A stretch of DNA of 64,000 bases from Octopus vulgaris (GCA_951406725.2 OX597819.1:68138001-68202000); one strand, 5' to 3'; counted from the first letter of the stretch, positions 14,861-28,250 are shown. Numbers and translations: made by a program. Notes: generated from the letters alone by a model not told the origin.

Positions 14861-15168
14861 AGGCGTGTGGTTTAGTGGGTAGGGCATTCGGCTCACGATC
14901 GTAAGGTCGTGAGTTCAATTCCTAGAGACGCGTTGTGTCCTTGAGCAAGACACTTTATTTTCACGTTGCTCCAGTCCACCCAGCTGGCAAAAATGAGTAG
15001 TACCTGTAGTTCAAAGGGCCAGCCTTGTCACACTCTGTGTCACGCTGAATCTCCCCGGGGACTACATAAAGGTACTCGTGTCTGTCGAGTGCTCAACCAC
15101 TTGCAGGTTACTTTCACGAACAGGCTGTTCCGTTGATCGCATCAGCTGAGACCCTCGTCGTCGTAACT
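14861..15168 (+). mobile_element. SINE family C (tRNA-derived head, GTGTCCTTGAGCAAGACACT core)
   Basis: A-box GTGGTTTAGTGG, B-box GAGTTCAATTCC; homologous to 16187-16512. Confidence 0.85.
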
Positions 15169-15174
15169 TGTTGA

Positions 15175-15527
15175 GGCGCAATGGTCGTAGGATCGCGGTT
15201 TCGCTTCCCAAATCGGGCGTTATGAGTGTCTATTGAGCGAAAACACCTACACTCCACGAGGCTCCGGCAGGGGGTGGTGGTGGTGGCGAACCCTGCTGTA
15301 CTCCTTCACCACAAATTTCTCTCACTCTTTCTTCCTGTTTCTGTTGTAGCTGTTTTTCAAAGGGCCATCCTTGTCACACTCTGTGTCACGCTGAATCTCC
15401 CCGAGAACGACGTTAAGTGTAAAAGTGTCTGTGGAGTGCTTAGCCACTTACACGTTAACTTCACGAGCAGGCTGTTCCATTGATCGGATCAACTGGTAAC
15501 CCCGTCGTCGTAACCGACGGAGTGACA
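15175..15527 (+). mobile_element. SINE family D (GGCGCAATGG head; 3' half shared with family C)
   Basis: Homologous to 46229-46530, 52045-52290 and 63022-63180. Confidence 0.85.
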
Positions 15528-15554
15528 CGATAAGGTAGGTATATACGATATATA

Positions 15555-15942
15555 CTCTTTACTTTTTTACTTGTTTCAGTCATTTGACTGCGGTCATGCT
15601 GGAGCACCGCCTTTAGTCGAGTAAATCAACCCCAGGACTTTGTAAGCCTAGTACTTATTCTATCGGTCTCTTTTGCCGAACCGCTAAGTTACGGGGCCAT
15701 GAACACACCAGCATCGGTTGTCAAGCGATGATGGGAGGACAAACACAGACACACAAACACAAACATATATATACATATACACGACAGGCTTCTTTCAGTT
15801 TCCGTCTACCAAATCCTCACAAGGCTTTGGTCGGCCCGAGGCTATAGTAGAAAACACTTGCCTAAAGTGCCACGCAGTGGGACTGAACCCGGAACCATGT
15901 GGTTGGTAAGCAAGCTACTTACCACAAAGCCACTCCTGCGCC
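15555..15942 (-). mobile_element. SINE family B, full length
   Basis: rc GGCGCAGGAGTGGC...ACTGAAACAAGTAAAA. Confidence 0.9.
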
Positions 15943-16186
15943 TGATAGGAGTTTTAATGGTTGTATCTTATCTGTCACAAAATGCTGGTTAAAAATCGAT
16001 TAACCGTCGATGACACTTAACCAAGATAACACGCGTTAGGATTATACTCGGCGTCAAGTCGTTTAGAATGAACTTGCAAGCCAAATATACCGTAAGCAGA
16101 AGAAATGACAGAATTAAGAATAAAACTATGCTATTCCATCGTCCATTCAATGGTTTGTTCTATCAGTGTCACTGTATAAATTGGAG

Positions 16187-16512
16187 AAGGCGTCTGGTTA
16201 AGTAGTTAGGGCATTCGGATCACGATTGTAAAGTCGTGAGTTCGATTCCTGGCGACGAATCGAATTGTGTCCTTCAACAAAACACTTTATTTCACATTGC
16301 TCCAGTTCACTCAGCTGGCAAAAATTAGTTGTACCAGTAAATACAAAGGGCCAGCATTGTTACATTCTGTGTAATGCTGAATCTACTTGGGAAGTACATT
16401 AATGTTTCGCGAGTCTGTCGAGTGCTCAGCCACTTGTACGTTCATATCACGTACAAGCAGTTTCGTTGATCGGATTAGTAGTAACCCTCGTTGTCGTATC
16501 CGACGGAGTACC
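16187..16512 (+). mobile_element. SINE family C, diverged
   Basis: Homology to 14861-15168. Confidence 0.8.
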
Positions 16513-16767
16513 TGTGTCGTATCACATATAAATACACATACTTACAATCATTCGTAAATTTCTCCAAAGATGAACGATGTTCTTTTATGTCTGAACTCTC
16601 TGGCAGCTGTTAAAATGATATTTATTTTTTTACTGTTTCTCTCCTCCAAAGCGACTGACGTGTAGCTCTTCATTTTCCTCGTGTTTTTCTTTGTCTCACT
16701 CGAACGCTGTTATCACTATAATAATAATGATGATGATGATGACAACAATAACAACAACAACAACAAT

Positions 16768-16802
<35 letters not shown>

Positions 16803-16814
16803 AAACAATAATAA

Positions 16815-17719
16815 TAATAATGCCGATGATGACAAAGCCCTGACCCATCAATGGCTAATGGCCTCTGGCTTAAAATCTGAAACAGAAGGGTTTATCATAG
16901 CAGCCCAAGATCAATGCCTAACTACAAGGAACTACTAGGCCAACATATTAAAGAACGGCAGCTTCCCAAAATGTCGTGTATGTCATCAACAAAATGAAAC
17001 CATTGGTCATGTTGTCTCCAAGTGCAGTCGTCTTGCACCTACAGAATATCTCAACAGGCATGATAGAGCTGCACAATATATTCACTGGGTAAGTTGCAAA
17101 AGCCAGGACTTGCCCCATGATAAAAACAGGTGGGAACACAATCCACCTCCAGTGCTTGAAAATGACCACATCTCACTCCTCTGGAACTTCACCATTCAAA
17201 CTGACAGAAAGATAGATGCGAATAGGCCGGACATCATAGTAAAAGACTTCAGACAAAAAAACATGCCTCCTCATTGATATGACTGTCCCAATCGATATAA
17301 ACGTATCTGTCAAGACCTACCAGAAACTGAGCAAATATAAAGATCTGGAAATAGAAATCAGCAAAATGTGGAACCTGAAGACTAAAACAATACCTGTTGT
17401 CATAAGTGCCCTGGGAATGATGGCAAAAGGGGCTGATTGCTACCTAACTCAGATACTAGGAAACCCCAAAATGGCAGAAATTCAAAAGATAGTACTCATG
17501 GGAACTGCTCATATTCTTCGCAAAATACTTTCTATGTAATCTCAAGTTTTAAAACAAACATAACTTTCGTATGGCTTTTTAGGCATTCACTGGTACAACA
17601 CTATGTACAAAACCAAATATATGGCAACCTAGGCATAACACCAACACGAACTTCAACTTGTTGTCTCTGGGTGAGACTTGGAGGCAGCTTGTGCAAATGT
17701 AAAGCAAAAGTCAAACATA

Positions 17720-17720
<1 letters not shown>
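16815..17720 (+). mobile_element. 5'-truncated degenerate R4/Dong-type retrotransposon (CCHC + RLE + 3'UTR)
   Basis: Highly similar to 19385-20323; in-frame stop near 16936 and a frameshift in the A-run near 17260; flanked by (AAC/AAT)n and (AAT)n. Confidence 0.9.
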
Positions 17721-17805
<85 letters not shown>

Positions 17806-20106
17806 GAACATATAAGATCTGCTCTCAGGAGGTCAAGCAAATGGAAGTCTCCAGGAAAGGATAAAATTCCTAACTTCTGGCTGAATGCCTTCCCAGAGAG
17901 CCATGAACTGCTAACAGAACTGTACAATGATGTTTTGCAACACCCTAGTAGGATGCCTCCTTGGCTAGTTAATGGGTTAACATTCCTGCTTCCAAAAAGT
18001 GAAGAAACAAATGAACCAAAAAACTATAGACCCATAACCTGCTTAACAACTATGTACAAAACACTAACATCTGTCCTGACGGAATATACCTATAGTTTTT
18101 TAACAGACAGCAGCATATTCCCTAATGAACAGAAAGGATGTAAACGTGGATCCTACGGCTGTAAAGACCAACTACTCATCAATAAGATGATCTTAGAAGA
18201 TTGTCACAAACGACACAAAAACTTATCAATAGCCTGGATAGACTATAAAAAGGCTTTTGATAGCCTACCACATAGCTGGATTAGGAAATGCCTTGAAATG
18301 TATAAGATAGCACCAACTCTGCGAAACTTCTTGACTGTAAGTATGAGATCATGGAGAACCACACTAACTCTGAACAGTGACAGTGAATCCCTAAATGCTG
18401 GTGATGTAAAAATTTCGTGTCGCATTTTCCAGGGTGACTCACTGTCACCACTCCTCTTTTGTTTATCCTTAATACCTCTCTCAAAGCTGCTCAATGACGC
18501 GCAGTACGGGTATAAAATGTTTGATAAAAATATAAATCATCTCGTTTACATGGATGATTTAAAGCTTTTTGCAAAAAATGATCAACAACTCAAGGGCTTA
18601 CTAGCGATAGTCAAACAATTCAGTGACGACATCAGAATGCAATTCGGCCTCGATAAATGTGCAAAGGCTACCTTTATCAAAGGAAAAATGACAGAAACAT
18701 CTAACGTTAACCTTGACCAACAGAATGTCATAAAAGAACTAGACCCAGCGGAGAGCTACAAGTACCTAGGGGTAATTGAAGGGAACGGAATAAGGCATTC
18801 AGAGATGAAGGAAAGGATCAGGAGAGAATGCTATCGAAGAGTGAGAGCAATACTCAAGACAGAGCTGAATGCAAGAAACAGGATCGAAGCAATCAATGCA
18901 TTAGCTATACCAGTCGTGACTTACAGTTTCAATATTGTTAACTGGTCAATTACTGAAATATGTCAGCTCGACAGAAAAATAAGGAAACTGTTGACAATGC
19001 ATAGAATGCACCACCCTAAGGCAGATACAGAACGACTCTATCTGCCAAGAAAAGAGGGAGGCCGTGGTCTTTTGCAACTGGCAATAACAATGAAGATTAC
19101 TACAATTGGCCTAGACACCTACCTGAAAAACTCTGAGGACTGGATGTTAAAACTTGTCTCAAAACATGAAAACAAGAAAGCATCATACTCAGTCACAAAA
19201 CAGGCAAAGGAATATCTAAGTGAGTTCCGAATACAACCAATTTCGGAATTAGAGATAGACATACAAGAAACAAGCACAGAAAAAGCTAGGCGCATGAAAA
19301 CCCGTGCCAAAACTGCGGCCTTAGATATTCTGAATAATAAATGGCAAGAAAAACCTCTCTATGGCAAATACCCAAAGAGAGCGAATAATGCAGATATCGA
19401 CAAAGCCCTGACCCATCAATGGCTAATGGCCTCTGGCTTAAAATCTGAAACAGAGGGGTTTATCATAGCAGCTCAAGATCAATGCCTACCAACAAGAAAC
19501 TACCAGGCCAACATATTAAAGATCAGAAGCAGTCCAACGTGTCGTGTATGCAAGCAACAAAATGAAACCATTGACCATGTGGTCTCCAAGTGCAGTCTTC
19601 TAGCGCCTACAGAGTATCTCAACAGGCACGATAGAGCTGCAGAATATATTCACTGGGTAATCTGTAAAAACCTGGATTTGCCCCATGAAAAAAACTGGTG
19701 GGAACACAAACCACCCCCAGTGCTTGAAAATGACCACATCTCACTCCTCTGGAACTTCACCATTCAAACTGACAGGAAGATAGATGCAAATAGGCCAGAC
19801 ATCATATTGAAAGACTTCAAACAAAGAACATGCCTCCTCATTGATATGACTGTCCCAATCGATATAAACGTATCTGTCAGGACCTACCAAAAACTGAGCA
19901 AATATAAAGATCTTGAAATAGAAATCAGCAAAATGTGGAAGCTGAAGACTAAAACAATACCTGTTGTCATAGGTGCCCTGGGAATGATAGCAAAAGGGGC
20001 TGATAGCTACCTAACTCAGATACCAGGAAACCCAAAAATGGCAGAAGTTCAAAAGATAGTGCTCATGGGAACTGCTCATATCCTACGCAAAATACTCTCT
20101 ATGTAA
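17806..20106 (+). CDS. Reverse transcriptase + CCHC zinc knuckle + restriction-like endonuclease (partial, no native start)
   Basis: KSPGKDKI, NYRPITCL, WIDYKKAFDS, IFQGDSLSP, YMDD, YKYLG, CRVC-x8-HVVSKC, RHD, RPDII...IDMTVP, K..KY. The ORF-track N-terminus (17437-17805) is read-through of the upstream copy and the microsatellite. Confidence 0.92.
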   Translation, partial: EHIRSALRRSSKWKSPGKDKIPNFWLNAFPESHELLTELYNDVLQHPSRMPPWLVNGLTFLLPKSEETNEPKNYRPITCLTTMYKTLTSVLTEYTYSFLTDSSIFPNEQKGCKRGSYGCKDQLLINKMILEDCHKRHKNLSIAWIDYKKAFDSLPHSWIRKCLEMYKIAPTLRNFLTVSMRSWRTTLTLNSDSESLNAGDVKISCRIFQGDSLSPLLFCLSLIPLSKLLNDAQYGYKMFDKNINHLVYMDDLKLFAKNDQQLKGLLAIVKQFSDDIRMQFGLDKCAKATFIKGKMTETSNVNLDQQNVIKELDPAESYKYLGVIEGNGIRHSEMKERIRRECYRRVRAILKTELNARNRIEAINALAIPVVTYSFNIVNWSITEICQLDRKIRKLLTMHRMHHPKADTERLYLPRKEGGRGLLQLAITMKITTIGLDTYLKNSEDWMLKLVSKHENKKASYSVTKQAKEYLSEFRIQPISELEIDIQETSTEKARRMKTRAKTAALDILNNKWQEKPLYGKYPKRANNADIDKALTHQWLMASGLKSETEGFIIAAQDQCLPTRNYQANILKIRSSPTCRVCKQQNETIDHVVSKCSLLAPTEYLNRHDRAAEYIHWVICKNLDLPHEKNWWEHKPPPVLENDHISLLWNFTIQTDRKIDANRPDIILKDFKQRTCLLIDMTVPIDINVSVRTYQKLSKYKDLEIEISKMWKLKTKTIPVVIGALGMIAKGADSYLTQIPGNPKMAEVQKIVLMGTAHILRKILSM

Positions 20107-20322
20107 CCTCAAGGTTTAAAACAACCATAATTTTCGGTTTAAAAAAAAAAAAAAAAAAAAACTTTTTTTTTTTAGACATTCATTAGTACAACATCCCCAC
20201 CCCCCAAATATATGGCACACTAGGCATTACAACAACATGAACTTCCAACCCTGTTGTCTCTTGAGGTCTCTGGGTGAGACTTGGAGCCAACTTGTACAAA
20301 TATAAAGCAAAAGTCAAACATA

Positions 20323-20323
<1 letters not shown>
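17806..20323 (+). mobile_element. 5'-truncated R4/Dong-clade non-LTR retrotransposon inserted in (TAA)n
   Basis: Uninterrupted ORF plus 3'UTR ending AAAGTCAAACATAG(AAT)n; (AAT)n at 17721-17805 and 20324-20369. Confidence 0.92.
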
Positions 20324-20398
<75 letters not shown>

Positions 20399-20795
20399 AA
20401 AAATAGTCGATTATATATAAATATAAATGTTTGTTGGAAGATTGGATACTCCAGTGAGACTATCCATCAGGGAGAGAGGGAGAGAGTGAGGGAATGAGTG
20501 GGATGGTTTGAAAAAGAGAGATAAAGAGACACAAGTAGACAGGCAAGGAGAAAGAAAGAAAGAGAAAAGGAAGGAGACAGAAAGAAAGTAAGAAACAGGC
20601 AGAAAGAAGGAAAGAATCAAAGAAAGAAAAGAATGAATGAACGAATGAATGAATGAATAAATAAATGAATGAATAAATGTAAGGGAGAAAGAAAGACAAT
20701 GAAAGAGAAATACAAAAGAATTCTCCTTTTTCTAATGTAACTCTACAGAGATCGGTTTCCGATGAAGAAAGTCGCCATTATGGTCATAAACTTCA

Positions 20796-20826
<31 letters not shown>

Positions 20827-20995
20827 GTATGGGTATGTGTATCAGTGTATATGTATATATGTATGTGTGTGTGTATGTATATGTATGTATATGTGTATAT
20901 ATGTATGTGTATATGTGTATATATGTGTATATATATATATATGTATGTGTGTGTATGTGTATGTATATGTATGTGTGTATGTATATGTATGTGTA

Positions 20996-21037
<42 letters not shown>

Positions 21038-21524
21038 TGCGCGTGTGTGTATGTATGCATATATGTATGTATGCATGTATATGTGTATGTATATATGTGT
21101 GTAAGTGTGTGCATATATGTATATGTAAGTATGTGTGCGTGTATGAGTATGTATGTATGCTTGCACACGTGTATATATGTGTGTGTGTGTATATATATGG
21201 ATGCGCGTGCGTGTGTGCACGTGTATGGGTACGCATGTATATGTGTATGTGCGTGTATGTGTATGTATGCATATATGTATGTATGCATGTATATGTGTAT
21301 GTATATATGTGTGTAAGTGTGTGCATATATGTATATGTAAGTATGTGTGCGTGTATGAGTATGTATGTATGCTTGCACACGTGTATATATGTGTGTGTGT
21401 GTATATATATGGATGCACGTGCGTGTGTGCACGTGTATGGGTACGCATGTATATGTGTATGTGCGTGTATGCGTATACGTGTATGTATGTATGTGTGTGC
21501 GTATATTTGTATATGTATGTGTGA

Positions 21525-21561
<37 letters not shown>

Positions 21562-21769
21562 TGGGGGTGTGTGTATGCGTATAAATGCATGTAAGTATGG
21601 ATGTATGGATGTATGTATGTATGTATACGTATGTATGCGTTTGTGTGTATATGTATGTATGTGTGTGTATGTGTGTATATATATATATATATGTGTGTAT
21701 ATATGTTTGTGTATGTATATATATGTGTATGTATGTGTGTGTATATATATGTGTGTGTGTGTATGTATG

Positions 21770-21813
<44 letters not shown>

Positions 21814-22202
21814 GGTATGTATCTGTATGTAGAAGTATATGTGTGTGTGTATGTATATGTGTATATATATATATATGTATATTTATTGGTGTATATGTAT
21901 AGACTAGCCTCCTAAAGTGTAGACACGAATCTGTAGGTACGAGTACGTATGTGTATATACGTGTACGTATGTAGATGTTTGTATGTATGAATATAACGCG
22001 TGCGTACGTGTATGTGTATGAGTGTACGAATGGGTGAATGTACGTGCTAATGAGTGTGCGTGCGGGAATGAGTACTTGCCTTCTAGTAGACAGACAAATG
22101 GACATGCTGCCATAGCCAGGATCCTTAGCTCTAGCGATCAAAGATAACAAAAGTAATAAATGAAGATAATAAAATTAAAATTAGGGAATGGGCCTGTATT
22201 GG

Positions 22203-22247
<45 letters not shown>

Positions 22248-22352
22248 GTGTATGTGTAGGTATGTATAGGTACACATGTGTATGTGTGTGTGTATGTATA
22301 TGTGTATATGTATGTATGTGCACACATGTATATATATGTATGCGTGTATATG

Positions 22353-22389
<37 letters not shown>

Positions 22390-22760
22390 GTACATATGTG
22401 TATGTGGGTGTATGTATATATAGGTGTAAATATGTGTATATAGGGAACTAGGTGTGTTGTGTGTGCATGAGTGTATGTGCGTATGAATATATTTTTTTCT
22501 GTGTATATATGTATGTGTGGTCGTGTGTATATATATACATGTGTGTATGCGTGCATGCATGGGAGTGAGTGTATGCATATATACGTGTGTGTATGTGTAG
22601 ACAGGTATATGCATGTGCATGTGTATAAATTTGTATATGTGGGCGGGTGTATGTATGTGTGTATGTAGATATGTATGTATATGTGTATATATGTATATGT
22701 GTATATATATATATATGAGTATATATATGTGTGTAGATACGTATACATATGTGTATAGGT
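20796..22760. repeat. Complex degenerate (TA/TG) satellite with an internal ~212-bp tandem duplication (~21049-21471)
   Basis: Direct reading; identical ORF starts at 21153 and 21365 give the period. Confidence 0.9.
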
Positions 22761-23058
22761 ATAAGTGAGAATCTCCTTATTTACCTATAACTCTATCCCC
22801 CCTTTTTTTATATATATATTTTTTTATATATATATTTTTTATATATATTTTTTATTTTTTTATTTTTTTATTTTTTTATTTTTTTATTTTATTATTTTAT
22901 TTTTTTATTTATCTATTCTTTCATCTAACTTACCACTGACTCCTTGACCACTCCCCCAAGTATGATATTTTGCGCTATGCCTACCCCCAAAAAGTCCCCC
23001 ACCACCACTCCTTTAAACCTGCCTAAATGTATAAATGCTAATACAATTCTTGTTAAAT

Positions 23059-23109
23059 AGCTTCCTGAAGATTTCTCTTGAATGAAACAGTACTAGTCCT
23101 GTAGAAGCT
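23059..23109 (+). ncRNA. Type I hammerhead ribozyme motif
   Basis: AGCTTC-CTGAAGA-TTTCTCTTGAAT-GAAA-CAG-TACTAGTC-CTG-TA-GAAGCT; 6-bp stem I, GTA cleavage triplet. Confidence 0.8.
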
Positions 23110-23193
23110 CCTTCTATATAATAAATTAATTTTACTCTGCTATGTATTGAGTACCTTACTTACTGTGGTTAACCCCCGAATCAACCCGGGACC

Positions 23194-23231
<38 letters not shown>

Positions 23232-23499
23232 TGTGTGTATTTGTGTGTGTGTGTGTGTGTATGCGCGCGCGCGTGTGTGTATGTATGTATGTATATCATG
23301 GGTATATTAATTTTGTGATTCCTCTGTGGCTTAGGAGTATTTGATTGCTATTTTTAGCAAACAGGTGCTTATGAAGTACCATAGTATATATAAATACATT
23401 TATATATCTTACATATAATAACTAACTTTACTAATACGGCTTATACGCTCGCGGCCACTAACGTCATTATTTTTAGGAATAATATTGCTCCTTTATATG

Positions 23500-23595
<96 letters not shown>

Positions 23596-24455
23596 TACAA
23601 ACATATATATATATATAAGGACAAAAAGACAAGATAGAAAATGCTAAAATAATTTTATCGTGAGCTATATTTTAGCACTGGTTTCTGTCGTTTAGACTTT
23701 TCAACATAAAATAATAAAAACAGTTAAATTGGAGAAAAAAATTAAGTGAAATGTTTTGTGAATATTTCCATAGCCTGTCTCTCCTTTGTGTAAGGTAGGT
23801 AGTAGTAAATTTGAAGAGATATTTTATGAGTACAGAGAATTGATGGTTTAAGCAGGAGCAGCTGAGGGAGAAGAAGAAGGTTAGCAAAGGAGGGGACCAT
23901 TCGACACGTGAAACCCAATCGAGAGAAGAATGAGGGAACCGATACGAAAGTTACAAACTCCGAAATCGTCGAAAAAACTTGGTAAGTTATGCGAACCAAG
24001 GACCTCAGAACGAGGAAGCATATGGGATTAATACACTAACAACATACCAAATAGAACACCACATAGTACCACAATGGGACAAATCACTTATAGAGATACA
24101 CTTTTCAATCACCAGCCAACATCGAGCATGGGATATAGAGATACATTTTTCGATCCTCATCCAAGAACCCACACTATAAATCACAACAGGGTACCCCACG
24201 ACAACAGGGGACAGTTACGTAACAGCTAACGTCCAAATCCTTCTTGTCTCTCTCCTTTTCTCTCTCCCTGTCTTTCTCCCTGTCGCTCTCTCACTCTTTT
24301 TCTTTGTCACTCTTTCTCTTTCTCATTCTTTGTCTCTCTCTCTCTGTTTCTCACTCTTTGTCTCCCTCTCCCTCCTCTCTCTGTCTCCTTCTCTCTTTCC
24401 CTCCCTTTCTCACTCTTTCTGCCTGCTGTTCTCACTCTTTCTCACACACACATTC

Positions 24456-24500
<45 letters not shown>

Positions 24501-24814
24501 CTCACTCTCTCTCTCTCTCTCACTCTCTCTCTCTCTCTTTCTCTCTTCTTCCGCCTCTCTTTTTCCTCAATAAACTGCTATTTGCCAGCCCAGCGCATAA
24601 CTCGTTATTGAAGACTATACACAGAGCAATTATGAAAAGAGTTGGACGTTTAAAATAATGAAATGACAATATCGCAATAAGAAGCACAATTTATAAAAAT
24701 ATAAATATTCAACTATTTATTTCTATAAACAGTTTATTGATCGATATTGGAACATAAGATATTCTTTCTGTTATTAAGCACAACTTATAATTGCCTCATA
24801 TATTTTACTTTCAG

Positions 24815-24830
24815 TCAATCAATCAATTCA

Positions 24831-24892
<62 letters not shown>

Positions 24893-24975
24893 CCCATCTC
24901 TCTCTCCTTCTCTATCTATCTATCTATCTATCTATCTATCCATCTCTATTTATCTATCTATCGATCAATCAATCA

Positions 24976-25066
<91 letters not shown>

Positions 25067-25101
25067 CATCTCTATTTATCTATCTATCGATCAATCAATC
25101 A

Positions 25102-25192
<91 letters not shown>

Positions 25193-25260
25193 CATCTCTC
25201 TCTCTATCTATCTATCTCTCTATCTCTCTATCTATCTATCAATCTATCTATCTATCTATC
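24815..25260. repeat. (TCTA)n/(TCAA)n compound microsatellite with an internal duplicated block
   Basis: Direct reading. Confidence 0.95.
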
Positions 25261-25279
25261 GGTCTGTCTGATTATTTTG

Positions 25280-25752
25280 TTATACGATCCCGTTTGATCG
25301 GAATTTTATTTTTCTCCTTTTTTTCTTTCTATTTTCGAAAAGAAAAGCTCTATATTGAATTTTGTCCCCTCTGTGTTCGGCCCTGTGTGGCTAATAAAGA
25401 AACTTATCTATTTTCTTATCTCATAATCCTATGAACCCGGAAAATTTAAAACCTACTTGCAAACAAATGTGGAAACGTGTAACATCATTGACCGAGGTTT
25501 ACCGTGGTCTTTTCCATAGGCTTTTCTTCCCACGGATAAACCTTATCTGGTTCTTCCTTTACACTTTACACCATGACACTGTGATACATGATCCCTACTG
25601 ATCGTTTTTTTTCCCTTTTTTTCTTTTCTTCTTTCCCTTTTACGATCCCTTTTGATCAAAAACCTAACCCCACTTTTTTTCCCCTCCCCCAAAAAGAAAA
25701 GCTCTACTTTGTAAGCTGTCCCGTCTGTGTGCAGCCCTGTGTGGCTAATAAT
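25280..25752 (+). mobile_element. Two tandem 3'UTR fragments of the Tx1/L1-like LINE
   Basis: Homologous to rc of 38290-38560 (ACGATCCCGTTTGATCGG, AAGCTCTAC, CCCTGTGTGGCTAATAAAGAAA). Confidence 0.75.
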
Positions 25753-26935
25753 CCAACTCATTTAGTGTATATGTAGGTGTGAATGATTCGAGTAGCAGCA
25801 GTAGAAGCCGCAGCAGGAGCAGCAGCAGTAGTAGCAGTAGCAGTAGCAGTAGTAGTAGTAAAATTTATTTTGGTCATGTTAACCTCCGTTGTTCGTTACT
25901 ATATTTTATTAGATATTAAATTTTTTTCTTATCTTTTACTTATCTTTCACTCAATAGACTGCGGCCATGCTGGGGCACCGCCTTGAAACAGTTCTAGTCA
26001 AATGAATCGGCCCCAGTACTTGTTCCATTTTTTCTTTATGCTTGGTAGTATTCTATCAATCTCTTTCGCCAAGCCACTAAGTTACAGGGACGTGAGCACC
26101 ACGACACCAGTTATCAAGTGATGGTGGTGGCAGTTGGAGGGCAAACACAGACATAAATACCCCCTCCACAAACACACTCACACACAAACAAACACACTCA
26201 TAAAGAAAATCAAGAGGAATGAAATAAATACATCTATTCCACCGGTTGATTTCCATAGGATGACGGCCGTTTCGTAGTCAACATCATCTATGAATAACTT
26301 ATTTTAGAGCGCAATAAATTATTTTCCCATCCCAGCACTACTGTGAAAGCTATAAACTGTATAGTACTACTGTACAATTTTCAAACAAATGCAAGTATGG
26401 AAGACTAGATTAACAGATCAACAGAATATCATGATTACATGTATTAATATCTTGAAGATGATTTTTGAGTGTGTGTGTGTGTTGAAAAAATTGATGCAAC
26501 CATGGCATTCTTTAGATATGATAGCTTTCTATACTAGCATTCGTTTGAAAGATGTTTTCTTTATATTTGAACTGATCTCAAGGTTGTATGTGTGTATGTA
26601 TATACACAGATACACACACACGCACATATGCATGATATCATATAAACGCGTAGATAAAACAAAGTTATTTTACTCCAAACGAGTAGAAATATAGAAAAGA
26701 GAAGTTGAAAATGAAGTGGGATTGATTTAGAATTTATATTTTTAATATAAAAAGAAATTTAAGACTTTACTGATTTCACATATTCCTGATTTTCAAAAGT
26801 TGAAACAGAAAGACGTGGAGCTATGATGTAGCAAGCAAGAGAGTTGCAGTTTAAATCTTTATTGATATAAAAGCAAAAATATTTCAACGTATCCCAGCGC
26901 ATTTTGAACTTCTAATTTCCCTATATATATATATA

Positions 26936-27328
26936 CTAGCAGTATTACCCGGCGTTGCTCGGGTTTGTAAGGGAAGTAACCATATAAGCATTTTTAGAGA
27001 TGTAAAGTATAATAGCCATCTCAATATGGCTAACTACAAGGGGGGGGTTATTGTAGCTTTTTACGTTCTGAGATTTAATAATAAATTTTTAGAGAGTTAC
27101 TTCCCTTATATATGCCAAAAATGCATTAAAATGGGAAAAATTGATGGTAATTTTTTTAAAAAATCGTAGTCTCATCGTAGACGCGCGCTAATACCCAGAA
27201 GGGCTCGATATGAATCACGACTATAAGATACCCGGTTTTGGTTAAACTGCAGCGCAAAATGTGGGAGTAGTTAGGAATCTAAATCGTAGGTGACAGACAG
27301 CGCACAACCTCACTTTTATATATAAAGA
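26936..27328 (-). mobile_element. Non-autonomous Helitron, copy 1
   Basis: rc A|TCTTTATATATAAAAG...CCCGAGCAACGCCGGG...CTAG|T; no TSD. Confidence 0.85.
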
Positions 27329-27369
27329 TATATCTATATCAAAATAAGCAACAGGATATCAAATATATA

Positions 27370-27773
27370 CTCTTTTACTCTTTTACTTGTTTCAGTCATT
27401 TGACTGCGGCCATGCTGGAGCACGGCCTTCAGTCGAGCAAATCGACACCGGGACTAATTCTTTGTAAGCCCAGTACTTTTTCTATCGGTCTCTTTTGCCG
27501 AACCGCTAAGTGACGGGGACGTAAACACACCAGCATCGGTTGTCAAGCAATGCTAGGGGGACAAACACAGACACACAAACACGTACACACACATATATAC
27601 ACATATACATATATACGACAGGCTGCTTTCAGTTTCCGTCTACCAAATCCACTCACAAGGCATTGGTTGGCCCGGGGCTATAGCAGAAGACACTTGCCCA
27701 AGATGCCACGCAGTGGGACTGAACACGGAACCATGTGGTTGGTTAGCAAGCTACTTACCACACAGCCACTCCT
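27370..27773 (-). mobile_element. SINE family B
   Basis: Very similar to 56200-56610. Confidence 0.9.
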
Positions 27774-27780
27774 ATATACA

Positions 27781-28173
27781 CTAGTAGTTTCGCCCGGCGT
27801 TGCTCGGGTTTGTAAGGGAAATAAGTATATAAGCATTTTTAGAGATGTAAAGTATAATAGCCATCTCAATATGGTTAACCACAAAGGGGGGATTGTTACT
27901 GTAGCCTTTTACGTTCTGCGATTTGATAAATTTTTCGAGAGTTACTTCCCTTATATATGCCAAAAATGCATTAAAAATGAGAAAAAATTTATGGTAATTT
28001 TTTTTTTTTAATCGTAGACTCATCGTAGACGCGCACTAATACCCAGAAGGGCTCGATATGAATCACGACTATAAGATACCCCGTTTTGGTTAAACTGCAC
28101 CGCAAAATATGGGAGTAGTTACGAATCTAAATCGTAGGAGACAGACAGCACACAACCTCACTTTTATATATAA

Positions 28174-28176
<3 letters not shown>
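27781..28176 (-). mobile_element. Non-autonomous Helitron, copy 2
   Basis: Same termini as copy 1. Confidence 0.85.
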
Positions 28177-28221
<45 letters not shown>

Positions 28222-28250
28222 AAATAAGCAACAGGATATCAAATATATAT

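Noticed and set aside
14861-14930. tRNA-like sequences at SINE heads
   Set aside because: No complete cloverleaf; they continue into SINE bodies
17437-17805. N-terminal part of the 889-aa ORF with a poly-Ile tract
   Set aside because: Chance in-frame read-through of the upstream copy's end and (ATA)n; not a real domain
20732-22748. Long YI/HT/CV-rich ORFs (for example 472 aa), here and across the window
   Set aside because: Translations of TA/CA microsatellites that lack stop codons
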